In this document: one piece after another, positions 11,384 through 24,589 of the stretch
How the letters are laid out: each line of letters begins with the position of its first letter
How positions within the stretch are numbered: the stretch's first letter is position 1
Source: Neoechinorhynchus agilis
Lineage: Eukaryota > Animalia > Acanthocephala
Assembly (NCBI GenBank): GCA_051530055.1
Contig: CM121342.1
Span: 10,741,480 to 10,805,479, forward strand
Length of the DNA: 64,000 bases
Reading direction: 5' to 3'
Translations under genes and position numbers: made by a program
The notes under the pieces: model-generated
Told to the model about the DNA's origin: nothing
The model's database searches: none
The model's input: only the letters and a program-made list of their open reading frames with translations

Positions 11384-14300
11384 TTATTCATTGTCGCCGA
11401 ATTTAAAAACGATTTCATAATCGTGCCTGTAAACAAATTCGAATTTGTCGCTAATTGACTTAACCGCTTCCTGGTGGCCAGTTGTATTCATCTTTAAATA
11501 CTCCAGGCAACCATTGAAAGATTTTAGTCGGTTGTGGTCAGCACGAGGAATCCATACAAAGTGATTAGGGCTGCGGCGATCTTTTGTCTAAATGAGGATT
11601 AGCTCATTGTCTTTAGGTGGGAATGAGTCTACAAACCTGCACAATAACCGGAAGTTTACAATCAGGCGGCAATCTAGGGAATTCGCAGTTCCAGAGATGG
11701 TCGCAGTTCTGAACTTTGTGAACAAGTTCGTTTTCGAGAAGACATGACCACAGTTGCGAAGCAATCACCGGAGCTAATGGATACAATATCTTCAGGACGG
11801 TGCAAATGCATTCCAGTTGCTTCAATGTTATAGCGTCCGACGATTTTCTTAGTGTCTTTAGAAGAGTCCGCGTAAAGTTTTGTGTGGCGACAATGGCAGT
11901 TGGAATATTAAGAGAAACTTCCATGGAGTATCTAACCTAAAGCCAACATGCAATTCAGGAAACAATGATTTTAAAGTAATCACCGTCCGTATACAGTCAA
12001 ATTGAAGTTCCATTAAATCTATGTCATCATCTGCAATCAATCGTGAGCGTCCTCGACTCATAAGAACAAGCTTCCATAAGGAATCAAACCAGTTTAGCAC
12101 TCCCTGGGAGGTTCCATCACCGACTGTTTATATGGGTAGAAAAGGTTTCTTTTTAAAAAAGTACCAACGAGAATATTTCCTAATCGATCGAGGGTGTGTA
12201 AAGTTCAGCAAATGAAATCGTGTAAAATCAGATCCGTACTTTTCTACCAGTCCAACCGGATTCACTCCATTCTTTTTGGATTTACTCATCTTCTCCCATG
12301 AAATCGTATACTCAGAACTGGTACGATCTTAGGAAAATTCCAGTAAAAAAAAGATGATTAATGTGCATTCTTACCTACAATCTCCTCAGGATTCAACCAA
12401 GCCCCGGTCTTAGCATCCATCAATGTTTTTCCGGTTACCGTACCGATAGCAACGAATCTTTTGAAAGGTTCTCGAAAATCAATCAATCCTTTCCTATAAA
12501 AGTATTTTGTAATCAATCGAGCAGCCATCAAATGCGTCACAGCTTCAATACAAAATAAATAATTTAAACATGACAATAGTAACGAATAATGAACTAACCA
12601 TGTTCTATTCCACCGATGTAAATATCCACCGGCATTGTGGTCGCTTTTCCAAACGGCTCAGTCCGGTTTTGAGAATCAAGAAATCGAAGAAAGTACCACG
12701 AAGAGTCAAAGAATGTGTCGAGAGTATCTGTGTCATATTGAGCATTCTTGGATCCACATTTAGTGCATTGAACGTGAGCTGAACGGTCAATGTCGTGCAA
12801 CAAAGGTAGGAGCTCTTTGTCAATAGGATGAATCTAAATACAGAAGATAAAACTCTTTTTCATCTGAAATTTTCGTCGTACTCACGTTCCTACAGTGATC
12901 ACAATGAACCATTGGGATCGGAGTGCCCCAACGACGTTGCCTTGATACGCACCAATCGTGAATGCGAGCACTAGTAAGTGGTCCTATTTTATTTCCAAGA
13001 GCACTAATTACTTTATCTCGATTCTTCACATCGCCAGAGTTTCCCTTAAGCTTTAGTGTTTGATAAGGTATACCAAACTTGTTTAGCTCTCCGAAATCCT
13101 CATTATTATCAGCTAGTTCTAATGGCACAAGAGTACCATCGATTGGATTGGTCACGGATTGCCCGATCAATGAGCGTTCGCCTTCTTGGTGAACTAATAT
13201 TTTCTCTAAAACTAACATATCCTCAGGATGCTTTGTGAAAACCGAAATGAATTCAGCTTTGTTAGTCTACGTTTACTCTTTGGTAAACCAATTTCAAAAA
13301 ACCCAACTAACAGTGACTTTCTTCAGTTTAAAATCAATATATCGGCCTTCACACTTCCCAATCCAACCACGTTGAATTCTCGTCGCTCTACTCATGTCAG
13401 TTCCGTCCTCGACCACATCATCCACTAGATCCTATATCAAAGCACGAGCACATTATAATGCTTAGACTGAATTAAGTGAGACCTTTGCGAAATGCGTTAA
13501 GCGAATGAACCATTGGTTAAGGTAGCGGATTTCAACAGTTGCCCCTGAACGCCATGATCGTCTTTCCTTATCAACTTGCTCATTGGCAAGGACGGTTTTG
13601 TCCACGGGGTCCCATAGAACAGGAGCCTTGAAGTTTAAAAAAGACAAGAAATAGGAATTGACACAGAAAAAATACGCACGGGTTTGCGGTACACCAAATT
13701 ATCTTTATAGAGCATTAAAAATATTAGTTGTGTCCATCGGTAATAGTCCGGTTCGCTAGTTCTCAACTCCTAGAAACTAAGGAAGTTATTAAAAAAAGAT
13801 CACATACCCGATTCCAATCAAAATCACATCCGAACATTTTGATTTGTTTCTTCATTTCTGCAATATTTCTTTAAAAAAAGAAGAGGTAAATTGGGAAATG
13901 TGCACAAAAACGAACTTCAAGGTCCATTCCTTTGGATCAATACCTCGTTCGATAGCTGCATTTTCTGCTGGAAGTCCAAATGAATCCCAACCCATCGGAT
14001 GAATAACCTTTTTAAAAGTTATTTTCTTTTTTGTTGTTAATGAAACACAACCAACACGAAATCCATTCATTGAATAGTACTTAGATAAGGCATCACTCAC
14101 TGAGTACACACGAGCGTGGCCCATATGTAGACTCCCACTCGGATACGGAAACATTGGGAGAATGTACTTCACTTTTTCATACTTAAACCAAAAGATGATT
14201 TCTTAAGAAGACCGTCACTAAAAAGAAATCGCCTTTACCGCATTTAACGATCGGTTTGCTATTCTTTTCAACCAAAACTCATCGAGAGCTCTATGATCCG

Positions 14301-14446
14301 CTTTTCTATAATTCTCGCTCTAAAGATTTCAATTTGGTTGACAAAAACACAATTGATGAATAAATTACCATGGTCGGAAAAGATCGCCCACCTTCGGCGA
14401 AATTGGCAAATGAACGACGAATCGGTCTCGATCGAACGAAAATCAT
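11384..14446 (-). CDS. LARS2: Mitochondrial leucyl-tRNA synthetase, multi-exon
   Basis: [13 protein letters not shown] (HIGH motif), [51 protein letters not shown] and KMSKS. Basic N-terminal presequence. Confidence 0.92.
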
Positions 14447-15300
14447 GATCTTAAAGCTATTTTAATAGAGCATTTTTTGATCGGTACTAATAATTGAAAA
14501 AGTCACAATTCAGTACGTTTCTTTTTTAATATCCGAATAAGCTAATAAATTAGTGATTTTCTCAAAGGAACTACATTAAAAACCATAATAATAGTTTCAT
14601 TTGTATCTGGCGTAAAAATAAAAGAATTAATTGATTGCAATATTTCGGAGGCACAATCTTGTACGCTGCAAGTGTTTACAACGTCAGATAGTGTCTTGCC
14701 GAAATATTGAAATCAATAAATTCTTTTAATTTCTCATCTTCATATAAAAAAGTGAACAGTTTAATCTTCAAACAAAAGAAATTTGCAGAAAAACGATTTT
14801 CCGATAGCTTTATTTATGTGAGAAAACTTTTTATGGGTGAATGTAAATGTTGTCCATTTTTTACTATACAATATTGTGAAAAAAGGTTTTTATTTTCAAT
14901 CTATATTGTTATTAATCGGATGTCTCTTTCTGGATCGCTTACTCTTTGAGGGTGTTGTTGCGACCAAACATTTGAAATAATTTTTAGAGGGTTTTTGAAC
15001 GAAATGAATGGGACCGATTTCTTTTGATTATAGGCGTTTTATTCTTATATTTGTGAGAAAATTTTATTTCTAAGTGTCAAGTGAACGTTTTTTGCTATAA
15101 ATGTATAAAATAGGGGTTTTTTTCGTGTAGAACAGTGTATTTCTCTCTTTTTTCTAGTTTTTTATCCGGTTTTTGATTTTATACAAATCTTTGTATTACG
15201 ACATTGGGGATGCGGCCTACTTTATTATTTGGGTTCTTTTGAAAAGTTATCGTAATTTTTTTAATGGAACAAATGCAACATAGTTATTTTAAGAACGTAA

Positions 15301-15567
15301 TTAACTTGAATACCATGGCCAAGGTGATTTCTTATTAGTTTTCATGACAAATCGAATCTTACGCTCCATATCAATATTGTAGGTTTCGTAGCACTTTTCA
15401 AAACAAAGTCGGTTTCGTTTCTTGTATGGTTTTTCATAATATTGCCATCTACGAGCTGTCTCCAAGATCTTTTCGTTATTTAGTATTCGATTAAGCGATC
15501 GATAAGCACCATCGACATCCTTGTTCACTACTAAGACAGAACGGGCAAGAAATCGAATTTGGACCAT
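15301..15567 (-). CDS. MRPS21: Mitochondrial ribosomal protein S21 (bS21m)
   Basis: ARSVLVVNKDVDGAYRSLNRIL...YYEKPYKKRNRL...KIRF...PWPW matches the family pattern. Confidence 0.88.
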   Translation of the reverse strand: MVQIRFLARSVLVVNKDVDGAYRSLNRILNNEKILETARRWQYYEKPYKKRNRLCFEKCYETYNIDMERKIRFVMKTNKKSPWPWYSS

Positions 15568-16336
15568 ATCTATAACAAAATATAGATTTTAGATTATTGG
15601 GACTTTTGACATAAATTCATTCTTCATAAAGTGAAGTTCATTTTAAATTACTTCAAATCTTTTAAAGCGCTTCTCTCGATCTATTAAACGTATTGAAATC
15701 GCCGTTCGATAAAATAGGACTAAAGATTGCATTGAACGTTCATTCTAACGAAAAAATCCTTTTAAGGAATACATTAGGCATAAAACGAGCAAAGAGGATT
15801 GGGCTTAAATTTCTCATTTCACTCCACCAGAAACCTGTACAGCTTTTACCCGTCGACATGACCATTTCCACTTCAATTTTAAAACATCCTTAGATTCTTC
15901 CATCGCTACACGCTTACCCCCGAATTGTCAACAACAATAAGAGGAATTTATTCAGCGTACTCATTTTTAAGGTTTCCATGTAGATATTTAATTTCGGAAC
16001 TTTACAATTTTTTATACCCCTTCAGATTACAACCGGCGATGCAAGGTCTTCAAAATATCAGCATCGCCGTGTTGAGAGGCAACACTGCAAGCATTCGGGC
16101 GACAATTGAGGACGGCTAGGCATTTTTTGCCGGATAAAGTTTTCCTCCAAGATTTTAACAAGTTCTGCATGAAAAGGCATTATTATGGTAACAAGTTATA
16201 CCAATTAAATTATTCCATGAATTTCATCGATATTTCACCTCTCGGATAATTCCAGCATTTCCTCAAACTTTGTAATCTAAAACACGAACATTATAGCGAT
16301 TAATCATATGGAGAGAAAATCCATATCGGGATGGTA

Positions 16337-16513
16337 ATTTTTGACTTGTGGTGTGAACATAATCACCACCCGGTTAAAAATCATTTTATTGTTCGCAACC
16401 TCGCCTTATCAATCATTGCTTCCAAACTTAGGCGAGATTTCCTCAAATATTTCGCGAAGAATAAAATGATTTTAAACTGGACGATGATGATGTTCACACC
16501 ACAGGTCAAAAAT
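16337..16513. mobile_element. MITE-like element with ~29-bp terminal inverted repeats
   Basis: atttttgacttgtggtgtgaacataatca (16337-65) versus tgatgatgttcacaccacaggtcaaaaat (16485-513), 2 mismatches. No clear TSD. Confidence 0.6.
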
Positions 16514-16860
16514 CATAGCGTTATTACTTAAATCCTGGGCAAGGTGGCAAAACCAAGAAAAAGAAAGTATCTTTTCCTTTCGATGAATATTTGTTGATAA
16601 TTTTAGAACGAAATTTATGACTAAAAATTCTGGAAAATTGAAAAAATGGGATTAAAAAATGTCGTCTCCAAGCATTCGAAAGGGCAGAATTGATCTCATT
16701 GGACGAAATTTCGACAAACAATTTGCTTCCTTGAATTGTAGCTGTGATAACCAACGAATGAATTCTCAGTGTCCGCTCGTCTATCCGTGGGTTATCTATT
16801 TTTTGACTGTTTGCAACTATAATCTAATTTCGTAATTTGGCTTTAATTGAAAAAGTTTGA

Positions 16861-16962
16861 AAAATCTATTTCTTCGATATTTCACGTCGCTAGATCCGAC
16901 GTCGTAAACCCACGAGAAAATGTCGTTATTATCCTACGTAAAATATCGATGAAATAAATTTT
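16861..16962. repeat. 22-bp inverted repeat (fold-back)
   Basis: aaaatctatttcttcgatattt versus aaatatcgatgaaataaatttt, 2 mismatches. Confidence 0.5.
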
Positions 16963-18459
16963 AGTCAATTTTTGAACCCGGGATGGCAAAGCTAAGAAAA
17001 AAGATAATTACATTTAGGTTTTCCTTAATTGCACTTCTCGGTTCGTGTTTTCTAGTCTTTGGATTGATTTCTAATCAATAGTCGGCTTCGAATCATTCAC
17101 CCTACCATCAAATTCGATCCATTCTAATTTTAATACAACACAAAATATCCGCTTTTAGTTTGAGAATTAAAAGAATATCGGTGATGTGGTGATCGCACTT
17201 CCTCGCAAAATATCTTCGATAAAATATTTTCTAAAGGTTTTTCTTTTGATGATTAAAGGACAACGTTCACTTAGAATAAAAAAGCATTGTTTGCTAAGCT
17301 TCAGTCGACGTTTGGATATCGCATTTCGCAATCAATCCCTAAAAAAATCTAAGAAACGACGATTAACGTCTTTTTTACTGCCCATTTTTTGTCATGCGAC
17401 CTCCGAATATCTCATCTTTGACAAATTTTACGCAATGCTCTACCTTTTATTGGAATCAATAAAGTCAAAATTCCTTTCTCGATATAACATTAGGTTTTAT
17501 TTCGTCCATGCTAACGCTTAAAATAAGATTTCAAATTCACAATATTCATCTTAGAGAAAAATGAATGCCTCTTTGATGTTCAATGAAAGCAAGAAATTCA
17601 GGTGCCTTTTTAAAAACAAATATTATATTAATTCTTTTTTTGTTCTGGAAATCGCACAAGAATGACGTTTAACTCTTCAGTTGCTAATTTTCGCCAAGTC
17701 GATAAAATGTTTGAAGATTGTTTTTATATGGTGTAAAATTTAAATGAATTTTAAAAACAAATTCATAAAAGTCATTTGCTCCATGGTTTAGATTGGAAAC
17801 CAATTTTAGTCGTCGCACGACGTGAATTTTCAAATAATAATCTTGTTTTTTTGCGATTGATCTCTTACCATCGGTCGTTTCAGGATTAAAATTTAAACTT
17901 AGGATTCAAGAGTTGCGGCGCAGTGTGGATTCATTGTTTGCATTGTAGATCATCAAACCTTTGACGAACTTAAATTTCTCTCAATAACCTAACACAATTC
18001 TTACAATTGCGAAAAAGGCGCCATGAATAAATAGCCATCAAACATAGTTGAACACTTGTAAAACCCCGAAATAAAAATGGTGATAAAACGACGTTCAAAA
18101 AAACCACGAAAATTAATTGAACATAAAGACATTGAATGGGTGGCTATGATTGCAAAATTAAATTTGTAATGATCGAAAGCTGCGACGTTTTTGTTTTAAA
18201 GGACATGAAAGGTGTGAACCATAACTCCGGTTTGGACCATCGTTCTTATGTAAATAACCATTCCGCTCAGAAATCCATATTTGAAAAGAATAATTTGTCT
18301 GAATCGACGTGTTTTTGTTCAATATCAAATCGCCCAACGTCCATGAAAATGTCACTTCGATAAAACGATTGTCAACATCTCAAACGTCCAAAGCGCATAT
18401 CTTTACAATTCATATCCAGTAAAACTTTTGCGCAATGGCTCATTTGAGTTTAAATTCTT

Positions 18460-18880
18460 CGACTGACCCACCCTGCGCGCTTTTCAAGGATAAACCCCAT
18501 CTCCTCTCCAAAAGCTTCCGCTCTTATAAAAATGACTGACCGACATTTTTTTCAAAGATAAATCCGAATCTCCTCTTACAAAGCTTCTACTTTAAAAAAT
18601 TGCTGACGGATTGTCCGTTTTTCGGCCTTCCATCTCCGTTCTTTCTTCAAATTATAAATCTGTATCTAATCTTAAAAAGCTTCGACTTAAAAAAATGGCT
18701 GACCGAATATCCATTTTTTGGCCTTCCATCAAAGTTCTTTTTTAAGGATAAATCTCCATCTTCTCTTAAAACGCTTCCACTTTTATAAAACAAGACTGAC
18801 CGATTATCCGTTTTTTCGGCCTTTCATCAAAATTCATTTCAAGGATAAATCTCCATATTCTCTGACCGATTACTGTTTTT
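18460..18880. repeat. Degenerate minisatellite, about 5-6 units of ~65-100 bp
   Basis: Recurring ctgaccga...ttttcggccttccatc...aaggataaatctcc...aaagcttc motifs. Confidence 0.75.
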
Positions 18881-20097
18881 TCAATGTTCGAGTGCAAACG
18901 ATTAAACCATTTCTTGTTTTGTTAATGGTCTTTTGTCTTTAAGGACTTTGTCTTATTTCCATTGTATGCGCCCGAAGGAACAGCACACATTGACTCCTAC
19001 TTCGGCACGCAATTTCCATTAACTAGCCCGTTTGTCATCGTTGTTCCCATTAAAGAAACAGAAATCGTGCCTTTAAATATTTTATCCATTATGCGAAAAA
19101 AGTGTATTTACAACGATACTCGTGGACACTTTTTCTCCACTCACCTTCGCATCAAGACGTGTAAACACTCTTTTTGGTTTGTCTTTTCTTCGTTTCCTTG
19201 AGATAATAAGAGATTCATTAAGGAAACGCCTTTAATTTTTTTTATATCGTTGTGGCTTTCGTATTTGACACCCAAGAAAGTCTGCGGTGCAAGTACTCGC
19301 ATAATTGCGTTTCGTCAGCTGATCCTTCTTGTTTTCGGAATGCTTCGTATTCTCACGAGTGTCAGCAGAACGCACACGCTGCCAAAAAAGGAGTTTTTCT
19401 CGCTTATTCATTGTTCCCTTAAAGAATGAACGTTCACTAACTTGGAAAATACAATCGAACTCTATTGAAAGGATTACATATACACTGTCGCAATGGATAT
19501 GTTCAAAGTAAGTAATTCGAAGATAAAACTGATTACTCACTGTTCGTTTTGTGCTCAACACCGTGACTCACGGCTCTGAAAAAGTGTCGCACTCGCTAAA
19601 CACGTCTCGGCTTTCGCAGTGCTCTGTAGTTCCTCTCAGAATTTCCAAGGAAGGTCAGAGGTACGTCCACTCTTTTAGTGAGACATCAGTTCTTTAAGGG
19701 AGAAAAAACACTTAACCCGGACAAAAAGTCTTTAATGGAAATCTAGCGGTTCTGCAAACCTTGGCTGCTGCTGGTGCAGATAGGGGCGGCACTCTTTGTG
19801 TTGTTTTTGGTTGGAAACATTTGACGTTTCGAAGCTAATGAAAATGCTCATGTTAAAATTATGAGTTCCCTAAGGAAATAACCAATTCTCAGTTAACTTT
19901 TGAACTTAGAATGCGCACGAGCCGACGAAGTCTCTTGAGTTTTTGTTTCGAATGAAAGACCCTTTCGTTGCGATGTTCTCATTGAATTTATCATATGCGT
20001 GCAAAAGGCAATACGAGACATGTCTGAGCGAATTTCTCAAATGGTTGCACAGACCGCGTTCTCCCCCACCCTTTAGTATAGTCTCGGTCTGTTACAG

Positions 20098-22023
20098 ATG
20101 TCAGATTTTATTGATAACGTCCATCAATACAGGCGGTCGTATCAGGACGGAGAACCCAGGTCTCCCCCGGAACCACCAGAAACGACAAGGATAAGTATTC
20201 CTGTCAGTTTTGTACAATCTCCCGACGTTTCCCGATCGGTATGTGCGCACAAGGCAACGCACACATTTCTTCGATTTTAACACGAACTTTAACGACATCT
20301 CTGTAGACTGCTCTAATTCAACTCTGTCTCTCTCGTTTTTTCTTTTAAAGGTATACGAAATACCCATCCATAGAGCACGCAGCACCAGCGACATCGATTC
20401 GCCGCAGGATTCTGGACGTCAACCACCTTGTTCTCAATTCCAACCACTCGCCCCAATGCCGCAACAGTGGCCACTACCGAGTGATTTTACTGCACCTTAC
20501 GATTCGTCCGGACATCAGCCGTACTTTCATTCACAACATCCACAATCGCAATTCCAACAAGTTCCATATGGGACCTCGCAATATCCTTCTTCATATAACA
20601 ACCAATACAGGGATCCTTTTGAACGAAACTTCGGGGAACCATTCGGACCCTATTTCCAACACCATGATCAACCATCATACGGAATGCCGCCGTACAGTAG
20701 TCATTTGCGGCAGCAAAGACAACCCTTCTATGAACCAATGCCTTCTCAACACAATTGGCAGCGTAACTACAATCAATCACTAAACCCGGCATCGAATACA
20801 CCCTATTTGGAACAACCACATTTTCCGGCTAGAATGCGACATGCCGTAAGCCAAGGTTTGAGTTACCATGACACTACATCTGAGATGTAAGCGAACTTTA
20901 GAGAACTTGTTTGACAATCCAATGCGAGATCGATGGCGCCAATCGACACCAACGGGACAGAGTTCAACTGAAAAGGACGAAGCAAGAAAACGTTCCCCGT
21001 CTCCACAGACTGTTGCGGACATAAACTATCCAATTCCAATGTCTTATAGTCCTTTGAAACCACTACAGAAAGCAGACAGGGTATCTAGTGATTCCCAAAT
21101 CACTAATCGATCGAAAACAGTAGAAGGAGAAGAGATGAAGTTCACTAGGGTCCTGAATGCCATTGAAAGTGATCTCAATGTGCTCGAGGGTGAGCTGAAA
21201 AAGTTTTCCGGTAAGCGCGATGATCAATTGTATGTCTATCTGGAAGAGATGCTGACCAAATGCTTGATTGGCTGTGATTCGGTTGTGAGCGACAGCGTTG
21301 GCGAAGAAATAAGGACAAGACGAAGACTGGTCGTTAAAAAGTGTCAAGCGCTTGTAGAGGAACTTGAGAAGAAAGTAAAGGAAGAGAAGCCGGAGATTGT
21401 GATCGCCCCGCCTTCCGAGTCGGTAACGTTCCAAGAAGAGCGAGAACTTAAAGAGCCAAAAGTGCGCAGAAGGATAAAAAGCACTGGACAAGTAGAGAAT
21501 AAAAGGATTAGTGAGGAACCGATTCCGATGAAGTACGATCACGTCGCACAGCAGTTGCTGATGAAGTTTTTAAGTTTTGCTGTAGTTAAGAAATAACTGG
21601 GCCGTTTTCATCTAATGCAAAAGTGGGTCATCTCGTAGTTATCTTTGATATTCGGTTCTTGGTAACCTTAAAAGGTCTTTTTGAAGCTAACTAATACACA
21701 TCAGCAATTGCCGTTGTTTAGTCAGAGAAATCAGACAAGGTAACGAATCAACCAAAAAGTCACGGGATAAACCACCGACCCAACCAAAAGTCGAGGACCA
21801 TCTACAAATGTTGTCAAAATTGGACCGAACTATAGATGACCTTGCTAAGCGTTTAAACAACACTCATTTGAGTAGCAATGAGAAGCTTGACATTGATGAA
21901 CAAGTTACAAGATGCATTCTTGATTGTGACAATATCACCGGTCAGGAATTAGGCCCCGAAGTGAGAAAGAGACGAAAGGACGTCATCAAAAAAGCTCAGC
22001 ATTTACTCGATCAAAAGCAATAA
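20098..22023 (+). CDS. BAG-family co-chaperone: IPV-like motifs, Q/P/Y-rich region and two BAG domains
   Basis: IPVSF and YEIPIHR motifs; BAG1 ...YVYLEEMLTKCLIGCDSV...IRTRRRLVVKKCQ; BAG2 ...IDEQVTRCILDCDNI...VRKRRKDVIKKAQ. GT-AG introns, e.g. 20239..20350. Confidence 0.82.
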
Positions 22024-22125
22024 GCGTTATTGTTGTTGATGTGACCGTGCATTGGTTGTGTATCGAGTTTCTCAGTCCTTGAGATTGATAATACATAGTG
22101 GTACCAAGATGTTTATGGCGGTGGA

Positions 22126-22317
22126 CTATTTTTTGGTCGTCGGAGTCAGCGTCTTGTAGTGCTCATCGACTACTTTGTTGAACATGGGCACCATTCCGCG
22201 CTTGACGAACAAAGTTTCATCGTCTATTTTCGAAATGATGTTCAATCCCGACAAATAGAGCAACTGAACTAGACTTGAATCACATCTAAGCAATGTTCCT
22301 TTCGAGCATTGGGGCAT
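22126..22317 (-). CDS. Divergent GTF2H5/TFB5 paralog
   Basis: MPQCSKGTLLRCDSSLVQLLYL...IISKIDDETLFVKRGMVPMFNKVVDEH aligns by eye with the neighbouring TFB5 (GSLLLCDPAIKQ...VQDLDDHSMFV...IDEH). Confidence 0.7.
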   Translation of the reverse strand: MPQCSKGTLLRCDSSLVQLLYLSGLNIISKIDDETLFVKRGMVPMFNKVVDEHYKTLTPTTKK

Positions 22318-22490
22318 TGTGAACACAAATTTTTTATTTGCAAACTGTAACGCTAGCAAACTCAGTACAAAATTACGTTGTAAAAAATCAATAGGGTCTC
22401 GTTTGGGTTTGAGCTTCCGTTCAAAAATAATTTAAGAATTATTGTTTGAAGTCCTTATCAGGTTCATACGCTACGTTTGTTAATAACTGA

Positions 22491-22576
22491 CAAACTGATG
22501 ATGATGAACCCACGGTGAGGTTCGTAGAACGTCTTTAATGAACTCTTTAAAGGGTGAAGACTTCTAAACAATAATC
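22491..22576 (+). repeat. Dispersed short repeat, solo pLTR / hammerhead-like family (copy 1)
   Basis: ctgatgatgatgaacc...ggttcgtagaacgtctttaatgaactc...gggtgaagacttctaaacaataat is shared with 31810-31885 (-) and 62079-62228. Confidence 0.7.
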
Positions 22577-23147
22577 AGAATCTAAATTACTTCATAGAAA
22601 GTGCTAACAAATTAAGGATTTAAGCGTGGGATACTTTATAATCAAAATCGTAGATGTATGATCGCGCTTTAATGATCCAAGATATCGGTTGGTTGTGTGT
22701 CGAAAAGAAAAAAGCCGAGTAAATGATGTTCTATATAACTGACTTGCAAGTTGACATTAGAGAATTCGACACTTCCCGAGTGAGTTTGATGTTGTTTAGT
22801 GGACTTTAGCCCGAATCCCTGTTTCAGAGTCAAATGGTTCAAAATCCATTATCGCCGAGACGAAATACTGCTGAAGGGAGGAGAGTCTCGCCACCTCGGG
22901 AGGAAGCTGCTAGAATTCGGAGGGATTCGTACAAAACTCTTAACCGTATGTGTTTGAGAGTCAAAGTGATTCAATCATTTCCCTGATCCAAGATACCGGT
23001 TGACGGTGTTCCCGAAGAAAATAATCAGCCTTGTAAAGGATGTTCACAGCAGTTTAAAGAAACAATGCAATAAATGACGGCTAAAGCGCTGAAAAATAAC
23101 TCCTTTGGTAAAAACTTTAAAAACTATTTATTAAAAACGGTACACAA

Positions 23148-23369
23148 TCATTTCTTTTGCTCAGTATAAGCCATTTTGGCCAAATGTTCATCAATCTTTT
23201 TTCGTATTAGTGGCACGGAATCTCTATTTACGAACATGGAGTGATCATCCAGGTCTTGTACTAGTTTAACACTTGCATATTCACCTTCTCCTTTTGCACA
23301 TAAATTCAACACTATCTGTTTAATGGCCGGATCGCACAACAGAAGAGATCCTCGTTGAAAAGAAACCAT
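23148..23369 (-). CDS. GTF2H5: TFIIH subunit 5 (TFB5/p8)
   Basis: MVSFQRGSLLLCDPAIKQIVL...VQDLDDHSMFV...KIDEHL has the TFB5 signature. Confidence 0.88.
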   Translation of the reverse strand: MVSFQRGSLLLCDPAIKQIVLNLCAKGEGEYASVKLVQDLDDHSMFVNRDSVPLIRKKIDEHLAKMAYTEQKK

Positions 23370-23929
23370 CTAAAACACAGATATGAAGTTAATAATAAAA
23401 ACATTTGCACTAAAAATTAAAATGCGCTTTACTCTAAAAAGGAATCTACATATCGAAGGAATATTTCACAAATTTTGATTATGTACAAAAGTTACTTTTT
23501 GCCAAATAAGCAACTCTTTATTTCAGTATTCTCTTTGGAAATCGATACTTTTAAACGGAACTACTGTAGATCCGACAGTTCGATTTTTACATTATTTGAG
23601 CATACCGAGATTGCCCTGCTGACAATCTAAAGTAATATTCTTTGGACCTTTATATACTAAAAAGGACAAATTTGAGAATTTCTTATGCGAAAGTTTCTAG
23701 AAATTTTGAGAAATTCAAGACAAACGAGACAACCCGGCGCAATTCAAGATATTATCGTTGTCATCAATTTCCGAGAGAAGCCTCGATTGAATATTACTTC
23801 AAAAATCATAGAACGGTGGAACGTCTTTATCCTTCATTGCCTCTAGAACCGGCGCTGATTCTCTGATAAAAATATTTCTATGCACGGGGTTTCTTTGTTG
23901 TTGTGATCAACTATTTTCCAAGCTTTGGT

Positions 23930-24160
23930 AAACATTATGCGGGACTCGGTCCGACGATACCAATCGTCTCAATGGCGACCGATCGAGGCATTTGTATTTC
24001 TCCCTTTTTCATTGCGCTTTTCACCATTTCATCGGCTCCTGAAACTGCAAGGGACCAGTCGTATTCAAGAAGTCTCAGGGAGACAGTTTCCCATGGAACT
24101 GTTTGGTCTTTTCCCGTCATCTCGGTTTATTCCTACAATCAGCAACGGCAGGCATTCCAT
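23930..24160 (-). mobile_element. CRE-like retrotransposon restriction-like endonuclease (RLE) fragment
   Basis: DDGKRP...VPW and KKGE...VAIETIGIVGPS. DNA is similar to 52735-52870. Confidence 0.65.
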
Positions 24161-24589
24161 CTCTGCACGAGTTGGTCAATTTAAATTGTCCGATTGAGTT
24201 TTGGTTCGTGTGTTTCTGTATTGACAATAATAAGCGGATTTTGTTTCCTTAATCTAAATACCGAAACGAGATAGCGATTGAATGCTAGGCGTTGGAATGT
24301 TTTAAGAAATGTTTCACGTCCATAAACAAAACGGAATGAAACCCATGGACTATCACAGAACGGCACGGAATGATGTAACCTTCAAATAGAAGCATCTATA
24401 TACCAAGACTCCTTTTAGTTTCTGACTTTCACAACATGAATCTTAAAGATCAGACTGACATCGACGGCGGACTCATCAGAATGATATCGGATCAAGCCAG
24501 ACGACGCTTGTTCTAGAAAGCGTCCGGCTCTAATGTATGCGTGATATGCGCATGGTTATCCCAAATCTCTTCTCATTCAAATGGTCCTC

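Noticed and set aside
18962-19780. Possible multi-exon plus-strand gene with a small Cys-rich segment
   Set aside because: No consistent exon chain or homology could be established by eye.
20150-20180. Minus-strand gggagacctgggttc resembles a tRNA T-arm
   Set aside because: It lies inside BAG coding sequence and has no cloverleaf.
23640-23870. Possible GIY-YIG C-terminal remnant (FKIL...REA.IE)
   Set aside because: Similarity is too weak and fragmentary.
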